A DNA stretch of 64,000 nucleotides. Source: Eledone cirrhosa (taxonomy: Eukaryota). The stretch covers positions 23,250,001 through 23,314,000 of the forward strand of contig OZ024743.1 of assembly GCA_964016885.1 (NCBI GenBank), given 5' to 3'. The notes beneath the pieces are model-generated. The model saw only the letters and a program-made list of their open reading frames with translations, made no database searches and was not told where the DNA came from. How positions within the stretch are numbered: the first letter of the stretch is position 1; every line of letters begins with the position of its first letter. The position numbers and the translations under genes were made by a program. Below are positions 39,915-51,828 of this stretch, piece by piece.

Positions 39915-40745
39915 CACACACATATATATATAGTTATATATATATATATAGTTATATATATATTATATATGTGTGTGTGTATACATATATATATATAGTT
40001 ATATATATATTATATATGTGTATACATATATATATATATATATATAGTTATATATTTATATATATATATATATTATATATGTGTGTGTGCGTATATATAT
40101 ATATATCATCATCATCGTTTAACGTCTATCTTCCAAGTTAGCATGGGTTTAGACGGGAATTGTCCCACTTGAGGCAAGATTGGTTGTCTTGCTCATATAG
40201 GACTGTCTGGCAGGTTTGCTACGGCTGGATGCCCTTCCTAACACCAACCACATATAGTAATATATATGTGTGTGTATATTGATATGAATATATATATTTA
40301 ACTGTTCAGTCGTGTCCCACAAAGAGTTGTCATGCTAATTCTGACTGAGGATTACATTAATGGTACATTTGTCTGTGGAATACTTAGTCACTTACACGCT
40401 AATTCCATGAACATGTAGTTATCTGAATGTCTCCTTTGGTGATCTAATTTATTGGTGAGTGGCAAATGACAACAAACTGTTGATTGTAAATAGAAAAGTA
40501 GGTATTGAAAAATATCAACAAATAAATTATTCGAAAGAAAAAAAGCTTTCACAAACAAATCTTTTGGTTTTCCGATAGAAATAATATTTTAAGATAAAGA
40601 TTTACACTAAAAAAGCCAGCACCTTTAGTTTCATTCACTTTTTATTTTCATTTCAGTATCTATTAACTATAAAGAAAGTCCTATGTTAGGGTTCCATTAA
40701 AGTAATTTTGTAATCTTTCAACAAAAATTCAATAAACACAAACGT

Positions 40746-40820
40746 AAACACAAATAACAAAAGGAAACACAAATAACAAAAGGAAACACAAATAACAAAA
40801 GGAAACACAAATAACAAAAG
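40746..40820 (+). repeat. 19-bp minisatellite (aaacacaaataacaaaagg) x4
   Basis: Direct observation. Confidence 0.9.
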
Positions 40821-40933
40821 TTTTTGTGTATCTGTGTGCATACAGATATCAACATGAATGGACCTGTTATTTTAATCTAAAGACATTTTTTCCAAACCGC
40901 GCGTCCCTTCAATCTTTCTTATTTCTCATTCTT

Positions 40934-40969
40934 TCTCCTGATGAAGGACTAGCGTCCGAAACGTTAAGA
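40934..40969 (+). ncRNA. Minimal hammerhead motif (family A) in a pLTR-like element (about 40850-41052)
   Basis: CTGATGA-a-GGAC tagc GTCC-GAAA-CGTT-aaga. Confidence 0.7.
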
Positions 40970-41051
40970 TCCTCTTCCTGCTATTTCAAGCATTAACCTA
41001 ATATATTCCTTCCATATACTGTACCGATTGTGTTATTTCTGTTTACTTTTT

Positions 41052-41093
<42 letters not shown>

Positions 41094-41851
41094 GGTGGCT
41101 GCCAACTCGTTTTCGAGTACGGCCACTACTTTATATCCATGTAGGAGAACCCCTACCGATGCGCTGAACGAGTGTGACTTTTTAGTCCACCCAGCGACTT
41201 GAAAACTATGGTACAAACACTATACTTGTGACAATTATTGGCACAGAGTGCTGGGCCCATGGTACCATGTGACGACAAGTGCAGAGAGATCTCCAGATAT
41301 AAAGCAATGCCTGTGCCGTGAAGCTTTTATAGTGAGCAAAGGCACTGCACAAAGCCAGTCCCACTCTCTTAACCAAGATGATATTTACCAAAAAGAAGAA
41401 CAAGTCAACATCATTGGATACCATCAGGGTTGCAGGTGTTATATCAGAGTTTTCCTTCTCCTAGAATTCTGCCTTGACAAAGGCTAAGGGGTCATCTCTC
41501 CCGGTGATTTTGGATGGCCATTGACTCTTAAGAGCTCCTTTGCCCTTTGACAGGTTTTGTTTTTTAGTCCTGCAGGATGTCCAAAGTCACCCACCTCACC
41601 AAGAAACCTTGGTCGGGTCGTTGGCGACTATATATATATAGGTATATACATACATACAGAGAAACAGAGGGGAAGCACGTTCACATAGCAACTTTCGATT
41701 TTCTGTTTACAAACTTCACTTTCACTTTAATGGAACTCGCAAATAGGACTATACATTTTATATATATACGCATATATTTATATATACGTATATATATACG
41801 TGGGGGGGGGGGGTAGAGGTGTCCTCGTGTACAACCACGCAAACACACGCG

Positions 41852-41884
<33 letters not shown>

Positions 41885-42024
41885 ATTTTAGGCATAATCT
41901 TTATGTGTTGGTAATTTAACGATAGTTATAGCTCTGATTTATCTAAATTATTGAGCCCTCTGCCACTCATATCGGATTTGTTTATCGTTAATTCGTGAGC
42001 TGATTTTCCGATACTCGATTATTC

Positions 42025-42101
<77 letters not shown>

Positions 42102-42184
42102 AAGGTTAAACAAGTTCAATGAATAAATCAAAGAATAAAGTTTTACAATAGATTAGAAACACTCCACAAGTTTGGTTTTCCGGA

Positions 42185-42456
42185 GTTATTAATATCAATT
42201 CAAAATATTAACAAAAATAGACATTCGTGTGATCAAGTATATTTTATTATACATATTTCAGAGGTACTGAGCTATCCTCATCAGATAAAATAACTGCCAT
42301 GACTGAATTTTAACCATCTACTTAGTCAGGGTATGTCATGCATCATCTTATTTTATCTGATGAGGACGTACTGTTGAAAATAGCTCAGTACCTCTGAAAT
42401 ATGTATAATAAAATATACTTGATCACACGAATGTCTATTTTTGTTAATATTTTGAA

Positions 42457-42465
<9 letters not shown>
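42185..42465. mobile_element. Fold-back element with mirror family B hammerhead motifs (42244-42290 -, 42352-42412 +)
   Basis: Inverted arms of about 105 bp. CTGATGA..GAAAtatGTA on both strands; the + copy has a 14-nt insertion in stem II. Confidence 0.65.
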
Positions 42466-42500
<35 letters not shown>

Positions 42501-43014
42501 TGGGGGGGGGGGGGAATATTTGTAAATACGAGTATCCCAACGCATAAAACAACTGTAATAACAGTTGAGAAAATCGGCTTCCATTCTTACTCCCCGTTTC
42601 CCAACAGGTATGTAAATTGTTGAAGCAATCACTCGATAAAATTAAGGTCCTGCTCAATATGTCAACATGGGAACTTCCCTATGGTCACTCGACCTGCTAG
42701 AAACAGCAACCAAATCTTTCTTAATTCACAACCTTAAATACGGAAAGGAATGATTTCACAAAACTCAATACATAATACATATGACGCTAAAACCACATGT
42801 CGGTTACAATTAATGTCTTTGCTTATATGTTGGCTCTCATAATTTCGACCCAGGGTTAAATAACAACCACTATACTGAAAATTACTCAGAAATTCTTCAT
42901 CAAACTTAAGGTTTTATACTATCTTGTGTATGTGTGCATGTGTTTTTTTAATTTAAATTTTTAAGGGAGTAGGGCTGTACAAACACACAGGTTATATATA
43001 TACATATTTATATA

Positions 43015-43066
<52 letters not shown>

Positions 43067-43291
43067 GGATGGGTATATTTGTGTGTACGAATGTGTATGT
43101 CAACGTTAATATGTACAAAACATGTATGAAGATATGAAGATATATAAATGTACACATACATATCCACAGGTTAGTGTGATCACTTGTTTCAATGATTTCA
43201 TTAAAAATATGAATGTTTCATCATTAAAAATGTAATTTACAAATAAAATATCAAATCAATACACACACACGTATGTATGTATGTATGTATG

Positions 43292-43345
<54 letters not shown>

Positions 43346-43377
43346 GCATACATATATAATGACACACACACTCATAC

Positions 43378-43436
<59 letters not shown>

Positions 43437-43873
43437 TGCAAACTAAATAATTACAGAACTACTTGCCTCTTTGGCCACTATCTTATTAGCCAGAGATAAA
43501 TTTGAACCGTAGACTATAATCCTTAGATGTATCCATGGTTTATTTTTCCATTCTTTCATCTTCCAAAAAAAAATTGTAATAAAAATATTAAGTTTGATAT
43601 ATTTTTCTGTTTGTATGTGTATGTATGTTTCTTTTTTTTTTTTTTAACATTTAAATTTCGCTGTCGAAAGCTTAATTTTCTATCACATCGGTTTTAGCAC
43701 TCTTTAATAAGTTTCTGAGGTCCTTCCCGTTTTAAATATTTGTTGTTTATTTATTTATTTATTTATTTATTAAAGAAAGATTTTATCATTTTTGCTACTT
43801 TCATCCAATTCTAGCGCATTTTTCAATGTTACTTTCAATATATTTAACATTTTATTTTTCCAGATATTTGTTC

Positions 43874-45172
43874 TTAGAGAAAATGCGTCCATGCATTTTC
43901 TGTTTCGGAAACTCCTGCTTTAGCAAAGCATTGAAACACATAGTTCTCCCCGTGGTTGCTATCCCAGTACACAACGTTCCCACAAGTGTAAGAGACTGCT
44001 AATTCCAGACGAGAGCCCACACTGAAGTCAACTGGGGTAACAATACTGAAAGAAAACCTGTCCGTTGGGCCATCACACGAACTGTGAACATAAGAAGCTA
44101 TGATATCATGGTGAATATTCCAATTATCTGTTGTATAACGCACTTGAACTATTTTATGGAAACCGATGTTAGCCACTCGAATGATGCCCGTAATTGTCAG
44201 ATCAGATATAACGGCATTTTCCAAGCACACTTTTTCTGCGCACACCCGTTCCATGAATCCTTCATTAGCGGACGGTTGGGCGAAACATGCTGTGAGATAC
44301 CGTGCACCCATCGATTTTCGATCACTTTCAATACCGGACTGTAAGTCTGCGAGAGCAGAAGCGGGAATTTTTGGTGGAGAGTCCATATTTAAGACATGAA
44401 TTACAGATTCCAAATCCAGTCCCATAACGTCAGCAAACCGCACCACTTTCTTTCGACGAGGAGTCCCCGGGGGTGTTTTTGTTGATTTCAAGGAGGTTGA
44501 TTTCCTAAGTTGGGTTCTAGAAAAGTTAAATTCATCGTCTTCATAAACAGGACTCTGTGGAGACAGGAGATCAAGTAGTTTTGTATCATTCCTGGGACTG
44601 TTGGAAAAATATTCTTGTACGCTACTGACAATATTTCGGCTTGGAGTGCAATACACATTTTCAACACACACGCGTTCCGCACAAGTTCCATCCATTAGGG
44701 TTTCCCCGCTAACAATTTTTTCCAAACTGGTTCCTGCAGCCGGTAAGGAGCGAAACGGGCAATTAACAACGGACTCGTCATTCTCTCCGTTTTCTATAGA
44801 CCCAATAGCACTTCCTTCAGCACCAACTGACTGTGGCTGCAGGTGAGTGGCATAATTAGCGTTGGATTCGCTGCTATCACCAGTCTCTTTTTCTTGTTTA
44901 TCTGATTCCAAATTAAGATCGTCCATCAAATTGATATAAATTCCTTCATCAAATGAAGGAATATCGTCGTTTGTCCGGTGCTCTTCCGGATCCGTATAAT
45001 CTGCCATGTTGAAGCTGTTTATGAGCTGGTTGCGACGCTTGGACGAAAACCTGTCGTGCGCTTTGGGAACTTGGGGTTGACGTCTGACAGGTAGTCCGTT
45101 TATGTAAATTTCCTCCGAATAAGAGAGATTCCGGGGTAAAAAACGACTATATGATGAGGAAAAAGCACACAT
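43874..45172 (-). CDS. PPP1R3: Glycogen-targeting protein phosphatase 1 regulatory subunit 3 (PPP1R3 / Gbs-76A-like), about 432 aa, CBM21 domain
   Basis: Open frame 43874-45268; the first ATG is at 45172 in a gccATG context. PP1-binding RVxF motif KKVVRFADVMGLDL follows SLKSTKTPPGTP. CBM21 signatures: glycogen-binding GIIRVANIGFHKIVQVRYTTDNW and substrate-binding WDSNHGENY. An upstream exon cannot be excluded. Confidence 0.95.
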   Translation of the reverse strand: MCAFSSSYSRFLPRNLSYSEEIYINGLPVRRQPQVPKAHDRFSSKRRNQLINSFNMADYTDPEEHRTNDDIPSFDEGIYINLMDDLNLESDKQEKETGDSSESNANYATHLQPQSVGAEGSAIGSIENGENDESVVNCPFRSLPAAGTSLEKIVSGETLMDGTCAERVCVENVYCTPSRNIVSSVQEYFSNSPRNDTKLLDLLSPQSPVYEDDEFNFSRTQLRKSTSLKSTKTPPGTPRRKKVVRFADVMGLDLESVIHVLNMDSPPKIPASALADLQSGIESDRKSMGARYLTACFAQPSANEGFMERVCAEKVCLENAVISDLTITGIIRVANIGFHKIVQVRYTTDNWNIHHDIIASYVHSSCDGPTDRFSFSIVTPVDFSVGSRLELAVSYTCGNVVYWDSNHGENYVFQCFAKAGVSETENAWTHFL

Positions 45173-45916
45173 GGCAGTCGAAGAGTATTCGTCATAACTG
45201 GAAAGACCTTGTTGATCAGTTGTCTTCAGCGAAATAAAAAAAATCACCGAGAGAGCGTGGAAAATCAACTACTAGATTAACAATGATATCAACACATATA
45301 TGTACTCAAGTATGCATTTTCTATTCGATCATTATGCTTTGACAGACCCTGTTTTTTGTTTGTTATTTATTTTGACTCACATTAATGAAAAAATAAATAC
45401 ATTCCATATATTAATTGTACACATATGTTTATATTATTACCTTCACTTATTCCAAGCAACAGCAACAAGTTCATGATATTTGTAATAATAATAATTGTTT
45501 CTCTCTATAAATAGATAGACAGAACAAGATATAATAGAATTTCGAAATATTCCCGGCGTAAATAAGCTTTGTATTATATCCAAGCAAAAATTTAAAAAAA
45601 AAACCTTCATGGACGACTTCAATGAAGGTGAAGGATCCGGATAAGAATCTGATAGTATTTTGTAGTAGATATGTTAAGCAAAGCCTACTACCAACGTTGT
45701 TAGCACACGGAAAGCCTCACCGTTTCTGTTTCTGTTTTCCTGTCGCTTTCTCTCTCTCTCCCTCTCTTAAGATATACTGATCTACTAAGCACGCAGATAC
45801 AAAATAATACTTTTTAGTACTACTAGTACATTTTAATTATGCATTTTTTTTTTTATTTTACCCCCAACAATATTTCATTTTGCCAGTTTGTTGCGTTGGA
45901 GTGGTTGATCACGCTT

Positions 45917-45956
<40 letters not shown>

Positions 45957-47887
45957 GTGTGTAAATATGTGTTTATTTGCGTGTATATGTATGGGGGTTT
46001 TCGCAAGCGTAAGCCTGCTCAAAGTGGAATCCTCAATATTTGACAATTCATAAGCGGTAAAACGAAAGAGAAGTAGCAGTAGCCTGTTCTCACAATAACA
46101 ATATCACAACACAACGATACGGTTTAAAAGAATGCTTTACAAACCGATAACAAATAGAAAATAATAATTTAAACAAATCCACTTAAAAGAATGTTGTTCC
46201 TGTGCAGGATGATGTCTCTTTCCAGTTCAGCTTTCCCAAATAAAAAAAAAAAACATTACAGGAACAAAACATTTAACTGAAGGTGATGTGTCCTTTACCT
46301 TCGTTAGTTTCAAGGTTGCAAGATGTCAGAATGACCTCCAGAGGTTACTGAACTATAGTTATTATAAAAAGCGAAATGGTATCTTTAGAATGGTTCGAAA
46401 TAAGCTGCTTTTGGCTGGCCTGCATATATTTATATATATTTTGTTAAGAGATGGAATAAATAAAGGCATTTTATTTTTTTGAGAGTTTTAACAGTATATT
46501 GTTTCTTTAGAAATTGATTTCATAATTTTACCATCGTCGATTCACTGGGTTTCTTCGTTTGCTTATTATTGAATAAACGAAAGATATTTCAAAAATATGT
46601 TCCTTTCAGTTATTATATATGCTCATTAACAAATATTTCAGTTAATATATTTTCTATCGGTCCAGCTTATTAATCCAGCTTTCTGCTATTGCTAAGAAGC
46701 ACTAGGGTGTATGGCCTTCGCCTTGGCTGCATGAAACATCATTTTTCCGGACATACTGCCGCGTTGAGCGTTGCTTTTTTAAAAGTAATCTTCCACGACA
46801 CAGTTTCGATCCCAGAGTAAAGCCGTTTCCTTCGATTTAAGATGCTAATATCTGTCAAGGAGGTGTGAACGAAATTCACCCTAGTTTTCTTCTAAGCCTA
46901 TAAATACGCGACCTAATTATGTTGAATATATATATAAACAAAGGTAAGTGGATGTCAAAGACGGATTGTCGTAAACAAAAGGCCGGTGTTAACTTATCCT
47001 TTCACCCTCTGGAGTAAATGAAATTACTACCCATAATATACTGAAGTCAATTCAATGCGTTGTGCTTTCTTCTCTACCAATTTTTGTCCTTGTACTAAAA
47101 TAAGAAATTTATATTTATCTTACGATACCTAAGCAAATTATGACATGTGCAATTGTCAAAATCTCTGGAGTGAGACACGCTTGGCACTCAGTTTCCATTC
47201 TCAACTAAACTTATTGTATTAATATTGCTGAAGTTAGTGGAAAACCATTGCAAATTCTCGTTTCGTCTCTTAAGAAAAAAACAATTCTAAAACCATGTTT
47301 GCGTAAGAAGTTGAGTATAAAAGTTTAGTTACATTTTTCTAAAATCTGTGAATATTTATCTAATATTTTAACGAAATAACTTTTGATGAAAATATTGTAC
47401 TGATGTTTGTATATACAGTTTCTGCGTAGAAATTTTAGCTTAAACACGAACTGGCTGCGAAGTGGCAAAACTAAGTACATGGCGTGATTTGTGTTTTGTC
47501 TCTCTATATTCTGAGTTCAAAACTGTCTGAGGGCGATAATGTACAATTCCCGCTGGGTCTCCTTCCGTACCAAACCATACAAATTCCTATGTAATGATTT
47601 TATCACCCTGACAAAATTGGTAGAGCGTTTGCTAAAATGCCATTGCGGTATTTGTTCTGGCTGTTCACATTCTGAGTTCAAGTACCACCGAGGACAACTT
47701 TCCCTTTCATGCTTCCAGGGTCGATAAAATAAAGTACAAATCATGTATTGGGGTTGATTTAATCAACTTTGTCCTTCCCCACAAATTTGCTGTGTCTAAA
47801 TTAGTGCCGTCTGCACTGCACAACCCCTGTGACGTCACTGCTTCATAAATGTGAGAGATTCAGCAAATGTCAATATTACCTCCCTTT

Positions 47888-48224
47888 ATGATCTGAGTTC
47901 AAATCCCGCCGAGTTTAACTTTGTCTTTCATCCTTACGGGGTCGATAAAATAAAGTACCAGTAATGCACTGGGATAATTGCTGGCCTTGTGCCAAAAGTA
48001 GAAACAATTATTATCAACACTGTATGTGGATTGGCAGTATCGGTAGAGAGTCGGACACTATGCTTTGCAGCATAGAGTTACGGTCCTTTATGGTCTGAGT
48101 TCAAATCCCGCCGAGGTTAACTTTGCCTTTCATACTTACGGGGTCGATAAAATAAAGTACCAGTAATGCACTGGGTAATTGCTGGCCTTGTGCCAAAAGT
48201 AGAAACAATTATTATCAACACTGT
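47888..48224 (+). mobile_element. Two tandem type 1 SINE copies
   Basis: Both end in gaaacaattattatcaacactgta. Confidence 0.85.
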
Positions 48225-48277
48225 AACATCACCAAATGCTGGGTCTTTCGATTCCGTTGTATGGCATGCATATGTGA

Positions 48278-48460
48278 AGGCGCGTGGCTTTGTGGTTAGG
48301 GTATTTGGCTCACAATCGTAAGGTCGTGGGTTCGATTCTCGGCGGCGCGTTGTGTCCTTGATCAAGACTGACGTTGTTCCAGTTCACTCAGCTGGCAAAA
48401 ATGAGCTGTACCTGTAATTCGAAGGGCAACCTGAATCTCCCTGAGAACTACGTTAATGTT
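48278..48460 (+). mobile_element. SINE type 2 5' part (tRNA-derived head plus CORE-like domain)
   Basis: A box tggctttgtgg, B box ggttcgattc, then gttgtgtccttgatcaagac as in 7125-7150. Confidence 0.75.
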
Positions 48461-48594
48461 GAGAGAGAAATACAATGAGGGAGAGGCTGTATGTGAAAGG
48501 CAGGTAGATATCACAATAGTAACTAACTATAAAGCAAGTGACGCTTTCCTGCCGATGTTCCCAGCTTGTTGCCACCTTGTTGTTGCCGGATTGT

Positions 48595-48701
48595 GTTCGT
48601 AACTCGAGACACCGTTCGTGAGCTGAAACGTTTTATGTTCGGAAAAATTTGTTCGTAGAGCGAGGTTACACTGTGATATATATATAGCGAGGTTACACTG
48701 T
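48595..48701. mobile_element. pogo/Tigger-like DNA transposon end, terminus duplicated
   Basis: Reverse complement cagtgtaacctcgctctacgaac resembles Tigger-type TIRs; agcgaggttacactgtgatata occurs twice. Confidence 0.45.
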
Positions 48702-49017
48702 GATATATGATAAGTGATGTGCAATGAGGCACGAGAGATTAACAGAAAAAGGGGTGCATGGTAGATACAAAGTATGGATTTATTTCCATATACTTAATAT
48801 AACGAAAATGTTTAACTAGCTCTGTCTTTAATATTTATTTCATTCGTAGAAACGTACGTAAAACTAATAAAAATGGTATAAATTATTTCTGAAACCTTGG
48901 TTGGATCATTATTAAATCCTGCCGATGTTGATAAGATAAAGCACCAGTAATGCACTGGGGTCGATTTAATAGACTTTCCCCTCCCCAAATTGGTGACCTG
49001 CCTTAATAAGAAACAAT

Positions 49018-49049
<32 letters not shown>

Positions 49050-49310
49050 GGGGTGTGTGTGTTAACAAAGCTATTGGAATAGTGATCTGTATAACTCCAG
49101 CCGGCCCATTACTCAATGAGACAAGATTTGAGCGCGGAGACACAATAAGTTATTTGTAATAGAGACAACAGTACGTGGATTATGGTAAATTTTATACCAA
49201 AAACATATTAGTTTCTATGAGTATGGACTGATCGAAATTTCAACTTTCTTTTCCCTATCTTCCCTTATATGTTTGGGTTCAACGTAATCGTGTTAAGTAA
49301 TTCTGTCGAT

Positions 49311-49383
49311 GACGCCTGATGAGGTCATTCTGTCTTGCATCATAATTGGATGATAGGGCTGGGCCATCGAAATACGTATAGTG
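49311..49383 (+). ncRNA. Minimal hammerhead motif (family E)
   Basis: cgc-CTGATGA-ggt...atc-GAAA-tacgt-ATA-gtg; palindromic stem III (ATACGTAT); downstream sequence related to 58210-58245. Confidence 0.55.
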
Positions 49384-49438
49384 ATTTGGAGGAATTAAAA
49401 TTCTAAAGCAAATTTTCCAGTCCGGCGTTCTACTGTTG

Positions 49439-49516
<78 letters not shown>

Positions 49517-49689
49517 GGGGTAACAAATAATAGTTATATGCAGTCCACTTAGGTGTAGTCCAGTTATGGTACTCCGGGTAGTGGATGATATCAACGCTTG
49601 GCTAAGTTTGACTCAACAAGGAATTTCCATAGTGATGCTGCGAGTACGCTGTAATTCCTATGTTGTAAACACTTGGAGTAATAATAAAT

Positions 49690-50005
49690 CAGGAAAGAAG
49701 AGTGACATGGTTTGCTATACAAAAAAGGTTTTTAATCTCATTGTTGACAATTGTTTCTCTGAACTGGTAGGTCTAGAGATCGCTATCCGCTTATTTTCGC
49801 GTTACTCGATCGCCAATACAAAATTATAACCAGTCAGTTCATCGGAGCTTGCGATGAACTGACTGGTTATAATTTTGTATTGGCGATCGAGTAACGCGAA
49901 AATAAGCGGATAGCGATCTCTAGACCTACCAGTTCAGAGAAACAATTGTCAACAATGAGATTAAAAACCTTTTTTGTATAGCAAACCGTGTCACTCTTCT
50001 TTCCT
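49690..50005. repeat. Near-perfect palindrome (arms about 155 bp) within a TA-flanked element
   Basis: Centre near 49848; contains GAAA-CAATT-GTC, resembling a hammerhead 3' half. Confidence 0.85.
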
Positions 50006-50006
50006 G

Positions 50007-50066
<60 letters not shown>

Positions 50067-50283
50067 GGGAAAAAAATGAAATTTCATTTCTCACTCTTAG
50101 TACGGCTGATACTTAAATATAAGTATGTATATACATACATACATGCACACATATATATATGTACGTATGGGTTTACCGAACATTTATTATAATGTTCGGT
50201 TTGTTTGTAAACAAACAGCCCTAATTATTAGCCGTACAGTGTTTGGTAACCATCGTTGCCCTTTTGTTCAACACTGACAAAGG

Positions 50284-50327
50284 AACGATGAACTAGTTTC
50301 TAGCTTATTAGCTGTCATCAGCACCGT
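50284..50327 (-). ncRNA. Minimal hammerhead (family F) in partial tandem 50063-50688
   Basis: Reverse complement acggtg-CTGATGA-cAGCT aata AGCTa-GAAA-CTA-GTT-catcgt. Confidence 0.7.
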
Positions 50328-50787
50328 ATACCTTCATCTCAGTCGATTGAACGTTTGAAAGTATATACTTTCCTTATGCATATTAACGGCTGAGCAGCCT
50401 AATTTGCATATCGAGTGAGTTAATCGGCCGGATGTACCGAAAACGATAAATGGAAAAAAATGAAATTTCATTTCTCACTCTTTGTACGGCTAATACTTAA
50501 ATATAAGTATGTATACGTACATACATATATGTATACAGACGTACAGTAGTATGTATATACATACATACATGCACATATATATATATATATGTACGTATGG
50601 GTTTACTGAACATTTATTATAATGCTTCGTTTGTTTGTAAACAAAGAGCTCGAATTATTAGCCGTACAGTGTTCGGCAACCATCGTTATATATATATGTA
50701 TGTAAAAGGTAAACAGAAATAACAACACAATCGGTACAGTATATGGAAGGGATATATTAGGTTAACGCTTGATATAACAGGAAGATG

Positions 50788-50824
50788 GTGTTAACGTTTC
50801 GGACGCTAGTCCTTCATCAGAAGA
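50788..50824 (-). ncRNA. Minimal hammerhead (family A)
   Basis: Reverse complement CTGATGAaGGACtagcGTCCGAAACGTTaa. Confidence 0.7.
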
Positions 50825-50986
50825 AAGAATGAGAAATAAGATAGTTTGAGGGTACGGGCGGGATGGAATTGGAAAAATGTCTTTAGATAAAAATAACAGG
50901 TCCATTCATGTTGACATGCTTGGTTGTCACCAATCTGTCCAGCTCGTTTGACTGCCAGCATATCAAAAGAAACCTACATCTATGCA

Positions 50987-51059
50987 TTTTGTCTGACGAG
51001 AATATGTTTTGGATTATGTTATACATAAGCCTTGCATCTTCGAAATATGTATAATAAAA
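50987..51059 (+). ncRNA. Hammerhead motif (family B)
   Basis: ttttgt-CTGACGA-GAA...TTC-GAAA-tat-GTA-taataaaa. Confidence 0.5.
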
Positions 51060-51079
51060 TAAATAGAGATGATCTAAAG

Positions 51080-51366
51080 CAGGGGCGTGCAACACGCCGC
51101 CCGCGGGCCACAATCCCGACCAGTCAGAGTGGCCCACGATGACCGTTTTCAATGTTTACTTTGTAGGCTTATTTAGAATTTTTTTCCGTAATACAATTTT
51201 CTAAAGGGCTTCACTGATAGGGTTATGTGTTACAGTTTCCCAGTTCGATGTTAAGGAAAGAGGTTGTGGTGAATAATTGGAATAGTGCTTAATAAATATT
51301 AATGGCCCTAATAGTTGTTCCAATGTTCAAAAGTGGCCCGCCAATGGAATATGTTGCACACCTCTG
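51080..51366. mobile_element. hAT (Charlie-like) MITE
   Basis: TIRs CAGGGGCGTGCAACA / reverse complement CAGAGGTGTGCAACA; 8-bp TSD atctaaag / gtctaaag (7/8). Confidence 0.85.
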
Positions 51367-51506
51367 GTCTAAAGTAACTATCTTTTGTTTATTATTATTA
51401 TTATTATTTATGTGTGTGTGTGTACATACACACACACACACTAACACAGATGTATATTAATGTATATTGTGTTCTTCTCATAATGTTGACACATGAGCAC
51501 AAAAGC

Positions 51507-51623
<117 letters not shown>

Positions 51624-51768
51624 ATATATATAAATTCATACATATATATTCATAAAAAAAACAAGGTCAGTGGCAACCACTTTGTACTAACATTCACAGG
51701 GAAAAGGTAATTTGATATCTTCCTCTCTCACACAGTGTTGACAAGATGTTCAGCGGTAATGCAGCCGC

Positions 51769-51828
<60 letters not shown>

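Noticed and set aside
44084-44846. Plus-strand ORFs overlapping PPP1R3
   Set aside because: Antisense shadow frames of the real CDS with no recognisable motifs.
48278-48350. tRNA-like sequence with A and B boxes
   Set aside because: No clean cloverleaf, and it continues into a CORE-like SINE body; SINE head rather than tRNA gene.
49566-50094. Two ORFs on opposite strands with the same C-terminal peptide
   Set aside because: A consequence of the DNA palindrome, not evidence of coding.
50385-50452. Possible antisense second hammerhead in family F (CTGAGCA...GAAAacgATA), which would make the unit ambisense
   Set aside because: G8 is replaced by C with no compensating change at position 3, and stems I and II do not pair convincingly.
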